DNA of 63,858 bases, counting the filler. It is 5 parts of 5 records of this genome, joined end to end, with 100 filler letters (N's around TTAATTAATTAA, not from the genome) between each part and the next. Parts side by side here need not be neighbours in the genome. Positions count along the whole stretch, not along the records: positions 13,549 to 40,693 come from DRR723986_8680; positions 40,794 to 51,294 come from DRR723986_8688; 3 more parts are not named here. The stretch is one strand, 5' to 3'. How positions within the stretch are numbered: the stretch's first letter is position 1; every line of letters starts with the position of its first letter. A model generated the notes under the pieces. It searched no databases. It was not told the DNA's origin and was given only the letters and a program-made list of their open reading frames with translations. Positions 32,169 through 42,223 of this stretch are shown here, in pieces. The translations under genes were made by a program, and so were the position numbers.

Positions 32169-34529
32169 TTACTTGATCTCCACAATTGTTACGCCCGCGC
32201 CACCTTCGGTTAACTTACCCAGACGAAATCCGGCGACGCCAGGGTGCGTTTTGAGATAACGTTGCAAGGCCTGACGCAATGCGCCGGTGCCTTTGCCGTG
32301 CACCACGGTTAACTCAGTCAGGTTGCCCATCATCGCGTCGGCAATTGCATTTTCAACTTCCAGGGAAGCTTCTTCTGCATACATACCGCGCACGTCAATG
32401 CGCGACTGTGCGTTACTGCGGAACTCCAGCTCGTGCCGTTTAACTTTATCAACCTTTTTATTGGTTGGTTGAAGTTTGCCCAACTCCGTCTTAAACTTGA
32501 CGGAGTTAAACTCAACAACAGCGGAGCCATTGTCTTTATCCAGCGCAAGAATAACACCGGGCTTCTCAAAACCTTCCATGACGACAACATCACCTTGCTC
32601 AAAGTTGGCGGCCTGCGGCTTTTCAACTTTTTCGCGGGCCTGCCGGCCTTTGGCGATGATCTCTTTCTTGGCAGCTTCGTAGGTCTTACGGACTTCACCG
32701 ACTGGTTTCTGCTGCTCACGAATTTCACGGACGGTATTTTCGATTAGCTTGTTGGCGCCTTTAACAAGGTCGGCGGCTTCACTTTCGGCGGCGCGCACCA
32801 GGTCCTTGTATTTGCGGCGGAATTCGTCGAACTTGACTTCGTATTTATTCTCGAGGCGTTCAGCACGTGCCTGTGTTGCCGCAGCTTCCTGTTTAATCTT
32901 TTCGGTTTCGCGGCGGTAGCGCTGAATAATCTCGATACTTTCTTCCAGCTCATTGTGTTTTTCACCCAGGTATTCGCGCGAACGTTGCATGACAACCGGC
33001 GGAAACCCGAGCGAGTCGGCGAGCACAAAGGCGTAACTGTTGCCGGGCACACCCGAAAGAAAACGATAGGTCGGCTCCATTTTTTCGGCATCAAATTCCA
33101 TGCAGGCATTTGATATCTCGGGGCGACGCAGCGCATAACTTTTGAGTGATGTCTGGTGTGTGGTTACGATGTAAAAAGCTTGACGCTTAAACAAACCTTC
33201 CATCACACCAACTGCCAGCGCCGAACCTTCCTGCGGGTCGGTTCCCGAGCAGATTTCGTCAACCAACACAAGCGATAGCGGCGAACAATTTGTTAAGACT
33301 TCACGCAGGCGAATAATCTGCGATGAAAATGTACTTACGTCATTTTCAATCGATTGATTATCACCAATTGCGGCAAAGATGCTGCGGAAGCCGGTGGTAC
33401 ATTCGCCCAGCGGAAAAATTCCGGCAATTGCCATTGCAATGTTAAGTCCAATGCTTTTGAGCGCTACGGTTTTACCACCGGCATTCGGACCTGAAATCAG
33501 GTGACCGTAAACCTCGCCGCCAAACTCGATGCTGAGCGGAATAACACTTTTGCCGCCCTTGGCACGCACGAGCAGCGGGTGCCGCACTTTGTTTAACTGC
33601 ACGATCGGCTCATCGACAATCGTGGGTTTAACGCCGCCACAGAGATGTGCATGTCGCGCTTTGGCACGCAGCACATCGATTGTAGTCAGGATGTCAACCA
33701 TGCGTTCGGCGAATAAGGCCTCAGCGCCCAGCTCCATCGTGAGCGTCGTCAGAATCCGTTGAATCTCGCGAATTTCTTCGCCATAAAGCAGCGAAATCTC
33801 ATTGTTAAGTTCAAAGGTTTCGGCGGGCTCAATAAACACGGTGTTGCCGGTACCGGAAACGCCGTGAATGATGCCGGGAATGTGACGCTTAAACTCGGTT
33901 TTCATCGGCAGAACAAAACGCCCGTCGCGCTGGGTGACGAAGTCGTCGGTCAGCACGTCGGCAGCTTTTTCCTTGGCGAGAATGCGGTTTAAGCGCGAGC
34001 GCAGTTTGTTGGAAGTGTCGAGGATGTCACGACGGATCCGAGCGAGGTCTCGACTTGCGTTGTCACGCACATCACCATTATCGTCAATCGCATCGTGGAT
34101 GTGTTTTTCCAGCATGCGATTTTCATAGAGGTCCCCGGTAAAAGCTGCCAGCGCGGGCAATTCTTCCTCGTTTTGGGCGAAGAAGTGTTTGACCATGCGC
34201 GAGGTCCGCAGCATGTCGCGAACATTCAGCAGTTGAATCGGTTGCAGGAAGGCATTTTCGATTGTGGATTTTTGCAGCAGCGGGCGGATGTCATGCAGCC
34301 CTTCCAGCGGCAGGTCCAGGTCGCGCTGCAGGACTATGAGTAGTTCCTGTATGCGTTCGTGTTCCTGGCGCAGCCAGTTACTGTCCTCAACCGGTTCTAT
34401 GGCGCGAATTTGTTCGGCACCGAGCTCAGAGATTGCGAGTTCGGCAACGTGTTCAAGTACTTTGGGAAACTCCAGTTCTTCGAGGCTGCGCTGTACTAAA
34501 GCGCGTTCGTCGAGTTGATTACTATCCAT
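32169..34529 (-). CDS. mutS2: Endonuclease MutS2 with Smr domain
   Basis: GPNAGGKT, STFS, DEICSGTDP.EG and C-terminal HGKGTGAL Smr motifs. Confidence 0.95.
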   Translation of the reverse strand: MDSNQLDERALVQRSLEELEFPKVLEHVAELAISELGAEQIRAIEPVEDSNWLRQEHERIQELLIVLQRDLDLPLEGLHDIRPLLQKSTIENAFLQPIQLLNVRDMLRTSRMVKHFFAQNEEELPALAAFTGDLYENRMLEKHIHDAIDDNGDVRDNASRDLARIRRDILDTSNKLRSRLNRILAKEKAADVLTDDFVTQRDGRFVLPMKTEFKRHIPGIIHGVSGTGNTVFIEPAETFELNNEISLLYGEEIREIQRILTTLTMELGAEALFAERMVDILTTIDVLRAKARHAHLCGGVKPTIVDEPIVQLNKVRHPLLVRAKGGKSVIPLSIEFGGEVYGHLISGPNAGGKTVALKSIGLNIAMAIAGIFPLGECTTGFRSIFAAIGDNQSIENDVSTFSSQIIRLREVLTNCSPLSLVLVDEICSGTDPQEGSALAVGVMEGLFKRQAFYIVTTHQTSLKSYALRRPEISNACMEFDAEKMEPTYRFLSGVPGNSYAFVLADSLGFPPVVMQRSREYLGEKHNELEESIEIIQRYRRETEKIKQEAAATQARAERLENKYEVKFDEFRRKYKDLVRAAESEAADLVKGANKLIENTVREIREQQKPVGEVRKTYEAAKKEIIAKGRQAREKVEKPQAANFEQGDVVVMEGFEKPGVILALDKDNGSAVVEFNSVKFKTELGKLQPTNKKVDKVKRHELEFRSNAQSRIDVRGMYAEEASLEVENAIADAMMGNLTELTVVHGKGTGALRQALQRYLKTHPGVAGFRLGKLTEGGAGVTIVEIK

Positions 34530-34548
34530 ATCAGTGTATATCGCAGAA

Positions 34549-34995
34549 TCAGGTTAAATGCTCTTTTACGATGGCTTGCACGCGTCCACCGTCCGCCTTG
34601 CCACGCAGGGCTCCCATAGCGGCTCCCATGACCTTGCCGAAGTCGGCAGGACCGGAAGCGCCGGTTTTGGCGATAATTTCCTTGACGCGTGCTGTGATTT
34701 CCGCATCATCGAGTTGCTTAGGTAGAAACTCGCTGATGATTTCCAGTTCCGCTTGCTCTTTGGCGGCCAGTTCGTCCCGGCCGGCCTTCGTGTATTGTTC
34801 GATGGCGTCTTTGCGTTTTTTGGCTTCCTTGAGCAGCATTGTTTGCTCACCGGCAGCGTCCATTGGCCCTTCGGCACCACTTTTTTCGTATTCAAGGATG
34901 CGGGCACGCAGGGAGCGCAAGGTTTCCAGGCGAAGTTTATCACCAGATTTCATTGCTGCTTTGATGCCATCTACAATTGTCGTTGATAAACTCAT
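34549..34995 (-). CDS. GatB/YqeY domain protein
   Basis: K.AMKSGDK.RL..LR, LPKQL and GKVMG...GKADG motifs. Start at MSLS. Confidence 0.9.
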   Translation of the reverse strand: MSLSTTIVDGIKAAMKSGDKLRLETLRSLRARILEYEKSGAEGPMDAAGEQTMLLKEAKKRKDAIEQYTKAGRDELAAKEQAELEIISEFLPKQLDDAEITARVKEIIAKTGASGPADFGKVMGAAMGALRGKADGGRVQAIVKEHLT

Positions 34996-35095
34996 GATGA
35001 TCGTTCTCCAAGTGCATAAGCAAGTAGTGCGGCATCCATCCAAGGAGGCCGGCAGGCGCAGGTCCGGACAACAATTCCGGGCGCAGGCCATGCTA

Positions 35096-35141
35096 AAAAC
35101 AGAAAAAGCGAGAAACGTCCGCAGTGCGTGTTTCTCGCTTT
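35096..35141 (-). terminator. Intrinsic terminator after secG
   Basis: AAAGCGAGAAAC...GTTTCTCGCTTT inverted repeat with a T-rich tail on the minus strand. Confidence 0.7.
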
Positions 35142-35205
35142 CACCAGTTTGACCGGATTAAGTGATGTTTACGCTACGGCCTGTGGCCGCGCGCAGTTTG
35201 GCCAC

Positions 35206-35607
35206 TTATTCGTTCGGGTCTGCTTGATTGCCATCGGCTCCCTGATTCGCGGGAGTTTGCTGAGCAGGCGCTGTTTGCGCCGGCGCAGCCACCGGAGGTG
35301 CCGTTGGACGTGCTGCAGGGACACCGGGACGCGCAGTTACGGGTGCGCGTTCGCCGGAAGAAGTACCGTCAAGCAGAAACAGATTGGTCGTCAGGGTTAG
35401 CACGAGAATCGCTATCGCGGTGTAGATCGTGAACTTCTGGAGGAAGTCCGATGCCTGGCGTACGCCAAACACAGAACCGAACTGGCCACCGATCCCACCA
35501 AAGGCGGAACCTTCCAGGCCACCGCCTTTACTTGGTTGCAGAAGAATCGCGACGGTCATCAAGATTGCCAGTAGCATCAAGATGATAATGAAGATTGCAT
35601 AACCCAT
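35206..35607 (-). CDS. secG: Preprotein translocase subunit SecG
   Basis: ILLQPSKGGGL...FG...FLQKFT pattern, two TM segments. Confidence 0.9.
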   Translation of the reverse strand: MGYAIFIIILMLLAILMTVAILLQPSKGGGLEGSAFGGIGGQFGSVFGVRQASDFLQKFTIYTAIAILVLTLTTNLFLLDGTSSGERAPVTARPGVPAARPTAPPVAAPAQTAPAQQTPANQGADGNQADPNE

Positions 35608-35811
35608 GACTATATCCGAATATTATGTTGTGTTCACAGAGATTGGAACAAGCATTTCAAATTAAGAACAGCAAAATTAGATATACCGGAGCAACCGTAC
35701 AAGAAGAAAAGCAAAATAATCTTCGGTATAACCAAGAGATTTTTGTATTTTGACTGCCTTTCGCCGTTAATCACGGCGCCTTATTTCGGACATGTTCTTG
35801 CGTGGTTTACC

Positions 35812-36120
35812 GTGACGAAAGCCGATATAGTAGACAGAATCGCCGGAGCAACTGGCTTGACGAAGGTCGAAACCGAAGTGGTAGTAGACGGCTTCATCAA
35901 GACGGTAATAGAAGCTCTGACGGAAGGCAAGCACATCGAGATTCGTGGTTTTGGCACCTTTAAGGTGAAAAAACGCAAACCACGGATCGCTCGAAACCCG
36001 CGTACCGGCGAGCCGGTACCATTGGATGAGCACTACGTGCCCGTCCTAAAGGTTTCACGTGAGCTGCGTGACCGCGTCGATGCCAATTTAAAATCAGGCG
36101 AATATTCTATCGAGTCCTGA
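35812..36120 (+). CDS. HU/IHF family nucleoid protein
   Basis: GTG start, (M)TKADIV...IEIRGFGTF...ARNPRTGE. Confidence 0.92.
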   Translation: MTKADIVDRIAGATGLTKVETEVVVDGFIKTVIEALTEGKHIEIRGFGTFKVKKRKPRIARNPRTGEPVPLDEHYVPVLKVSRELRDRVDANLKSGEYSIES

Positions 36121-36193
36121 TGCCGCACCTTAGCGATGCTCCATTCTCCATTGTAGTGTAGTGTAGCTCCTGAAGGGAAAGTGCCAAGCGCCG

Positions 36194-36841
36194 ATGCAGA
36201 AACAACAATCGTTTAGCCTGATGTTCGCCCTCGCTCTGGGTATTGCCCTGGCCCTGGGTTTGACGTCGTTCGGCGTTACACGCCTCTTTATTGACACCCC
36301 TGCCGGGGATCTTGTCAAAGCCGATGGCGGCCCAGCACAGGCACGCCCGCCGGCTGCGCAGTCTATGCCGATGGACAGCGTAAGTGAGGCGCAGGCGCAC
36401 CAGAAACTGCAGTACCTGATGGCACTGCGGGACTCGGTATCTGCCGACTCGCTGAATGGCGAACTCGTATTGTCATACGCAAACGCTTTGTACGATGCGC
36501 GCATCTACCGGCGTGCCGCCGAAGTCTACTCACGTTATCTGCGTGAAATTGACTCGACGAATGCCGACGCACGCATCGATTACGGATTTACGCTCTTTGA
36601 ACAGGACTCGGTCGATCTGGCATTAGTCCAGACTGAGTACGCCCTAAAATTTCAGCCGGAACACCCGGTTGCAATGTTTAATATCGCCATCATCAACCTG
36701 CACAAACAGCAAGAAGATGAAGCGCGAAAATGGTTGGAGCGTTGCCTTGCGGCAATCCCTGACGACAAAGCTGAGATGCGTCAGCGTGTGGAACACGTGC
36801 TGGCAACTCTCAACCAACAGATGGATCAGACAACCCAATAA
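36194..36841 (+). CDS. Membrane-anchored TPR protein
   Basis: N-terminal hydrophobic helix and TPR-like helices (YANALY, PEHPVAMFNIA). Confidence 0.75.
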   Translation: MQKQQSFSLMFALALGIALALGLTSFGVTRLFIDTPAGDLVKADGGPAQARPPAAQSMPMDSVSEAQAHQKLQYLMALRDSVSADSLNGELVLSYANALYDARIYRRAAEVYSRYLREIDSTNADARIDYGFTLFEQDSVDLALVQTEYALKFQPEHPVAMFNIAIINLHKQQEDEARKWLERCLAAIPDDKAEMRQRVEHVLATLNQQMDQTTQ

Positions 36842-36876
36842 ATCATATATCTTCTCTCAATTTTCTGGAGGTGCTC

Positions 36877-36969
36877 ATGCCCTGCGGACGTAAACGCAAA
36901 CGCCATAAAATGGCGACGCACAAGCGCAAAAAACGCTTGCGCAAGAACAGACACAAGAAGAAGAAGTAA
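36877..36969 (+). CDS. 30-aa basic small ribosomal protein bS22-like (AURKAIP1/COX24 domain)
   Basis: MPCGRKRKRHKMATHKRKKRLRKNRHKKKK*, GGAGGT RBS upstream, strong terminator downstream. Below the ORF-track cutoff. Confidence 0.9.
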   Translation: MPCGRKRKRHKMATHKRKKRLRKNRHKKKK

Positions 36970-36980
36970 AAGCTTCGTCG

Positions 36981-37020
36981 CGCGCCTTGCCGGTCCTTCC
37001 GGCAAGGCGCGTTTTCTTTT
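36981..37020 (+). terminator. Intrinsic terminator
   Basis: CGCGCCTTGCCGG-TCCTT-CCGGCAAGGCGCG then TTTTCTTTT. Confidence 0.9.
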
Positions 37021-37089
37021 GCGGCCATTTAAACAGTAATTTGCGGCCTCATATTTTTCTCATTTACCATACAGTACAGGAATAGAGCC

Positions 37090-39642
37090 ATGAGCGCTTT
37101 TCCTTTTAGTACGTTTGAAGCCAAATGGCAAAAGGACTGGGAAGACAAACAGATCTATCGTACCGACGATAGTCTGGACAAACCCAAGTTCTACGTTCTT
37201 GACATGTTTCCATATCCCAGCGGTGCCGGTCTCCACGTAGGCCACCCCGAGGGATACACGGCAACGGACATCGTAGCCCGCGCCAAACGCATGCAGGGGT
37301 TTAATGTTCTACACCCGATGGGTTTTGACGCTTTTGGTCTACCCACCGAGCAGTACAGCATGAAAACGGGTATCCACCCGGCGATTGCTACTGAAGAGAA
37401 CGTTGCCAACTTCAGACGCCAGCTAAAAATGCTCGGCTTTTCCTATGACTGGTCACGCGAAGTCAGCACGTCCGACGCGGAATTCTATCGCTGGACGCAG
37501 TGGATCTTCAGATTGATTTATGACTCCTGGTTCGATACCGAACAGCAAAAGGCACGCCCAATCGCCGAGCTGCCGATTCCGGCCGACATTACCGACCCGC
37601 TCGAAATTCAGCGTTACCAGGATCAACAGCGCCTGGCCTACGTAGATGAAATCCCCGTAAACTGGTGCGAAGCCCTCGGCACAGTCCTGGCCAACGAAGA
37701 AGTCGATGAGTGGAAAGAAAAAGGCTACAGCGTCGTGCGCCGCCCCATCCGCCAATGGGTCCTGCGCATTACCGCTTATGCCGACCGCCTGCTCGAAGGT
37801 CTGGATGATCTGGACTGGCCCAACAGCACCAAGAAAAAACAGCAGGAGTGGATTGGCCGCAGCGAAGGCGCGCGCATCAGCTTCCAGCTCGACGGCCATT
37901 CCGAGTCGGTAGAAGTGTTTACAACACGCCCCGATACGGTTTTTGGCGCGAGTTATATGGTCCTGGCGCCCGAACACAAACTCGTCGCCCAGATTTGCAC
38001 GGACGCACAGCGCGAAGCCATTGAGGCTTACGTCGCGGCCGCAGCCCTCAAGTCCGACGTTGAACGTACCGGCAAAATCAAAGAAAAAAGCGGCGTCTTC
38101 ACAGGCGCATATGCTATCAATCCAGCTACGGGCGCCAAAGTCCAGGTCTGGATTGCCGATTACGTGCTGGCCTACTACGGCACAGGCGCAATCATGGCCG
38201 TCCCCGGTCACGATGAACGCGACCACGAGTTTGCCAAAGCCTTTGACCTGCCGATCGTTCAGGTGGTAAAACCCGCCGACGGCGCGGACCACGACATTCA
38301 GGCAAGTGCGCTGGCCGGCAACGGCACAGCGATCAACAGCAGCAATGCCGAAGTTGACCTGAACGGTTTGCCAACAGCCGAAGCCAAACAAACGATTACC
38401 GCGTGGCTCGAAAAACGCGAAATCGGCCAGGGCACAACCAACTATCGCCTGCGCGACTGGACCTTCTCACGCCAGCGCTACTGGGGCGACCCAATGCCAA
38501 TCATTCACTTTGAGGACGGCACGCGCCGCCTGCTCGACGAAGATGAACTGCCGCTGATGCTGCCGCCGATCGACGACTTTAAGCCGGCCGGTACCGGTGA
38601 GTCTCCATTGGCCAAAGTCGATGCCTGGGTCAACTACAAAGATCCCAAAACCGGCAAAACCGGGCGCCTGGAAACCAACACAATGCCACAATGGGCCGGC
38701 TCCTGCTGGTACTACCTGCGTTATATCGATCCGCATAACAGCGAGAAGATTATCGATCCGGAGCTGGAGCGCTACTGGATGAATGACAATGGCGTGGATC
38801 TCTACGTCGGTGGTCCGGAACATGCAGTTCTACACCTCCTGTACGCGCGCTTCTGGCACAATGTCCTCTTCGACTACGGTGTTGTTAAAACCCGTGAGCC
38901 ATTCCGCCGCCTGGTGCATCAGGGCATGATTCAGGCGGAAGATGGACGCAAAATGTCCAAATCACTCGGCAACGTTGTTAATCCCGACGAAGTTGTTGAG
39001 CAGTACGGCGCTGACTCCCTGCGCCTGTTTGAAATGTTCATGGGGCCGCTGCAGGACGACAAGCCTTGGTCCACCAAAGGTGTGGAAGGTGTGCATCGTT
39101 TTCTTTCGCGTGTGTGGCGTATGCTGCTCGACGATGAAGGCAAGGTGCGCGCGGACGTCCAAGCGGTGGAATTGACGCCGGAACAAGACTTCACCTTAAA
39201 CGCTACGATTAAAAAGGTAACTGAGGACGTTGAGACGCTCAGCTTTAACACAGCCATCGCCCAGATGATGATCTTTGTTAATGAGTTCCTTAACATTCCA
39301 GTTAAACCGCGTAGCGCCATGGAAGCCTTTGTGCGTGTCCTGGCGCCGTTTGCCCCGCATATTTGTGAGGAAATCTGGCAACGCCTGGGCCACACGAACT
39401 CGATTCACTTAACGGATTGGCCAAAGTTTGACGAATCCAAACTTGTGAAGTCCACGGTCGAGATTGTAGCACAGGTTAACAGCAAAGTGCGTGCAAAACT
39501 TAGCGTTCCAACGGATGCGCCGCAGGCCGATGTAGAAAAGATTGCAATGGCTGACGAAAGTGTGATTAAACACATTGACGGCAAACCCATCCGCAAGATC
39601 ATTTACGTTCCGAATAAAATCTTCAACGTGATCGCCAAGTAA
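37090..39642 (+). CDS. leuS: Leucine--tRNA ligase
   Basis: [28 protein letters not shown] and KMSKS motifs. Confidence 0.97.
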   Translation: MSAFPFSTFEAKWQKDWEDKQIYRTDDSLDKPKFYVLDMFPYPSGAGLHVGHPEGYTATDIVARAKRMQGFNVLHPMGFDAFGLPTEQYSMKTGIHPAIATEENVANFRRQLKMLGFSYDWSREVSTSDAEFYRWTQWIFRLIYDSWFDTEQQKARPIAELPIPADITDPLEIQRYQDQQRLAYVDEIPVNWCEALGTVLANEEVDEWKEKGYSVVRRPIRQWVLRITAYADRLLEGLDDLDWPNSTKKKQQEWIGRSEGARISFQLDGHSESVEVFTTRPDTVFGASYMVLAPEHKLVAQICTDAQREAIEAYVAAAALKSDVERTGKIKEKSGVFTGAYAINPATGAKVQVWIADYVLAYYGTGAIMAVPGHDERDHEFAKAFDLPIVQVVKPADGADHDIQASALAGNGTAINSSNAEVDLNGLPTAEAKQTITAWLEKREIGQGTTNYRLRDWTFSRQRYWGDPMPIIHFEDGTRRLLDEDELPLMLPPIDDFKPAGTGESPLAKVDAWVNYKDPKTGKTGRLETNTMPQWAGSCWYYLRYIDPHNSEKIIDPELERYWMNDNGVDLYVGGPEHAVLHLLYARFWHNVLFDYGVVKTREPFRRLVHQGMIQAEDGRKMSKSLGNVVNPDEVVEQYGADSLRLFEMFMGPLQDDKPWSTKGVEGVHRFLSRVWRMLLDDEGKVRADVQAVELTPEQDFTLNATIKKVTEDVETLSFNTAIAQMMIFVNEFLNIPVKPRSAMEAFVRVLAPFAPHICEEIWQRLGHTNSIHLTDWPKFDESKLVKSTVEIVAQVNSKVRAKLSVPTDAPQADVEKIAMADESVIKHIDGKPIRKIIYVPNKIFNVIAK

Positions 39643-39695
39643 TACTTCTGACAATGGGGGTGCCGGCCGGCGCCCCCAATTTTTCAGGCAGGGAC

Positions 39696-40274
39696 ATGCT
39701 CGGATTAAAAACTCCCAGTAAACCAGAATGGGTCAAAGTTGCATCACAGAACATCGGTGCAATTCTGATCGACCACGCGCATTGTGAAAAGAAAGCCGGC
39801 GCCTTTGGCATGGCCATGATTTCACGTTATCCCGACCGCGACAGCCTGGTGCGGGCTATGATCGAACTGGTTAAGGAAGAGACTGAGCACTTTGAATTTA
39901 TTTACGAAGAGATTCGCAAACGTGGTTTAAAGCTGGAGCGCGACCGCAGTGCGCCATATGTTAAACAACTTTCGGCACATATTAACAAAAGTGAACCACT
40001 ACGCTTTTTGGACTTCCTGTTAACCGGTGCATTAATTGAGGCGCGTTCCTGCGAACGTTTCTCACTCCTCTCCAAGTGTGAAGACATTCCTGCAGACTTG
40101 CGCAAACTCTATCACGATCTGATGGCTTCGGAGGCGGGTCACTACCGCGCTTACACGGACATCGCACGCGAGCATTTCCCTAAGGAGCAGGTTAAACAAC
40201 GCCTGGACGAGCTTCTCGATATTGAAGCGGAAATCGTTTTAAACTTGCCCAACCAGCCGACGATGCACGGTTAA
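39696..40274 (+). CDS. miaE: tRNA-(ms2io6A37) hydroxylase
   Basis: DHAHCEKKA, EE.EHF, IEARSCERF and SEAGHY di-iron motifs. Confidence 0.92.
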   Translation: MLGLKTPSKPEWVKVASQNIGAILIDHAHCEKKAGAFGMAMISRYPDRDSLVRAMIELVKEETEHFEFIYEEIRKRGLKLERDRSAPYVKQLSAHINKSEPLRFLDFLLTGALIEARSCERFSLLSKCEDIPADLRKLYHDLMASEAGHYRAYTDIAREHFPKEQVKQRLDELLDIEAEIVLNLPNQPTMHG

Positions 40275-40286
40275 TCATTTAACATT

Positions 40287-40361
40287 TTCATGATCGCTTT
40301 GAGCCACCTCTGCTGACGCGCCGGGGTCTCAGGCTTTTTGATTTTTTTGTTTGGTGTTGAT
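40287..40361 (+). repeat. Dispersed ~75-nt intergenic element, copy A (terminator-like)
   Basis: TTCATGATCGCTTTGAGCC-[variable]-TCTCAGGCTTTTTGATTTTTTTGTTTGGTGTTGAT. Flanks are near-identical to 58508-58578. Confidence 0.75.
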
Positions 40362-40693
40362 CCTTGATTGCAATTTCATTGGGTCTTCCGCGGAGCCTTA
40401 TGGTTTTGCGCGGCGGGTCTGTTTTGTCGCTCAATTGTACGGGACTCAGTGATTCGCGTTTGCGGTTGTGAGGCTTGGATTCCTGGTGCAAAATTCTGCC
40501 TCAATAAAATGGAGATTTCAGCCTGGATGTGAGCCAGAATTCTCAGAGACTTAGCCTCTTCTGCATGTACTCAACAGTTACAAGACTAAAAGACTCAGCG
40601 GTCAGTATTCGAGGCTGATCGCTCGAATATTTTGGTTTTGGGATCAAAATCTTGACGCTCAGATTTTAGACACCCGGGTCGAGCCCTTAGGGC

Positions 40694-40793
40694 NNNNNNN
40701 NNNNNNNNNNNNNNNNNNNNNNNNNNNNNNNNNNNNNTTAATTAATTAANNNNNNNNNNNNNNNNNNNNNNNNNNNNNNNNNNNNNNNNNNNN
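40694..40793. other. Artificial contig linker
   Basis: N44-TTAATTAATTAA-N44. Confidence 0.99.
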
Positions 40794-40888
40794 ACGCGAG
40801 CAGGCTCGCTCCTCAGGATGAGGAAGTGGATTGAGGGAAGTGATCTTGGAACAAACGGATCGAAGAAAATCCGGGAAAGGATCTTCTC

Positions 40889-42172
40889 ATGATGATCGAC
40901 ACATCGCTGGTCGCCGGGGAAAACGAGACCCGCACAGCCGACCTGAAGCGTGACTATGAAACCCTGGGCGAAAGGCTCGACCGGCGCGGCGTCTCCATCG
41001 ATGCCATCAAGGCGAAGGTCGCCGCCTATGGAGTCGCGGTGCCGTCCTGGGGTGTCGGCACCGGCGGCACGCGCTTTGCGCGGTTTCCCGGCAAGGGCGA
41101 ACCGCGCCATATCTTCGACAAGCTGGAAGATTGCAGCGTCATCCAGCAGCTTACCCGTGCAACACCAAACGTTTCGCTGCACATTCCCTGGGACAAGGCC
41201 GACCCGGCGGAGCTGAAGGCCAAGGCAAGTTCGCTCGGGCTTGGCTTTGACGCCATGAACTCCAACACCTTTCAGGATCAGGACGGCCAGCCTCTTTCCT
41301 ACAAGTTTGGCTCGCTCAGCCATACGGATGCCGGCACGCGCAGGCAGGCTGTCGAGCACAATCTGGAATGCATCGAGATCGGCAAGGCCATCGGCTCCAG
41401 AGCCCTGACCATCTGGATCGGCGACGGATCGAACTTTCCCGGCCAGGCCAACTTCACACGTCAGTTCGAGCGGTATCTGGACGCAGCAAAAGCCATTTAT
41501 GCGGAACTGCCGGAAGACTGGCGGCTGTTCACCGAGCACAAGATGTATGAGCCGGCGTTCTATTCCACCGTGGTGCAGGACTGGGGCACCAACTACATGA
41601 TCGCGCAGGAGCTGGGTGAGAAGGCCTACTGCCTTGTCGATCTCGGCCACCATGCCCCCAACGCCAATATCGAGATGATCGTTGCCCGGCTGATCCAGTT
41701 CGGCAAGCTCGGCGGTTTCCACTTCAACGACAGCAAGTATGGCGATGACGATCTGGATACGGGCTCCATCGACCCGTATCGGTTGTTCCTGGTGTTCAAC
41801 GAACTGGTGGACGCCGAAACGCGAAAGGCGCCCGGCTTCGACCCGGCGCATATGCTCGACCAGTCTCACAATGTGACCGACCCCATCGAAAGCCTGATGG
41901 TCTCCGCCATGGAGGTGCAGCGCGCTTATGCCCAGGCACTGCTGGTCGACAGGTCTGCCCTGGACGGATTTCAGGACACGAATGACGCCTTGATGGCGAC
42001 GACCACGCTGAAAAACGCTTTCCGCACCGATGTCGAGCCGATCCTGGCCATGGCAAGACTGGAAAACGGCGGCGCCATCGACCCTGTTGCGGCCTACCGG
42101 AGTGCCGGATACCGGTTGAAGGTTGCGGAGATCCGTCCGGAGGTTTCCGGGGCCGGCGGCGGGATCGTCTGA
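40889..42172 (+). CDS. rhaI: L-rhamnose catabolism isomerase (alphaproteobacterial RhaI type)
   Basis: PSWGVGTGGTRFARF, HIPWD, EHKMYEP, DLGHH and HFNDSKYGDDDL motifs. Confidence 0.92.
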   Translation: MMIDTSLVAGENETRTADLKRDYETLGERLDRRGVSIDAIKAKVAAYGVAVPSWGVGTGGTRFARFPGKGEPRHIFDKLEDCSVIQQLTRATPNVSLHIPWDKADPAELKAKASSLGLGFDAMNSNTFQDQDGQPLSYKFGSLSHTDAGTRRQAVEHNLECIEIGKAIGSRALTIWIGDGSNFPGQANFTRQFERYLDAAKAIYAELPEDWRLFTEHKMYEPAFYSTVVQDWGTNYMIAQELGEKAYCLVDLGHHAPNANIEMIVARLIQFGKLGGFHFNDSKYGDDDLDTGSIDPYRLFLVFNELVDAETRKAPGFDPAHMLDQSHNVTDPIESLMVSAMEVQRAYAQALLVDRSALDGFQDTNDALMATTTLKNAFRTDVEPILAMARLENGGAIDPVAAYRSAGYRLKVAEIRPEVSGAGGGIV

Positions 42173-42223
42173 CCCAGGAGTATTGACCAGAAAATACCAG
42201 CCGGGAGGGGTCCCCCTTCCCGG

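Noticed and set aside
40275-40693. CRISPR array, tRNA or IS in the dyad-rich islands
   Set aside because: No regularly spaced identical repeats, no cloverleaf, and no transposase or cas gene seen anywhere in the window.
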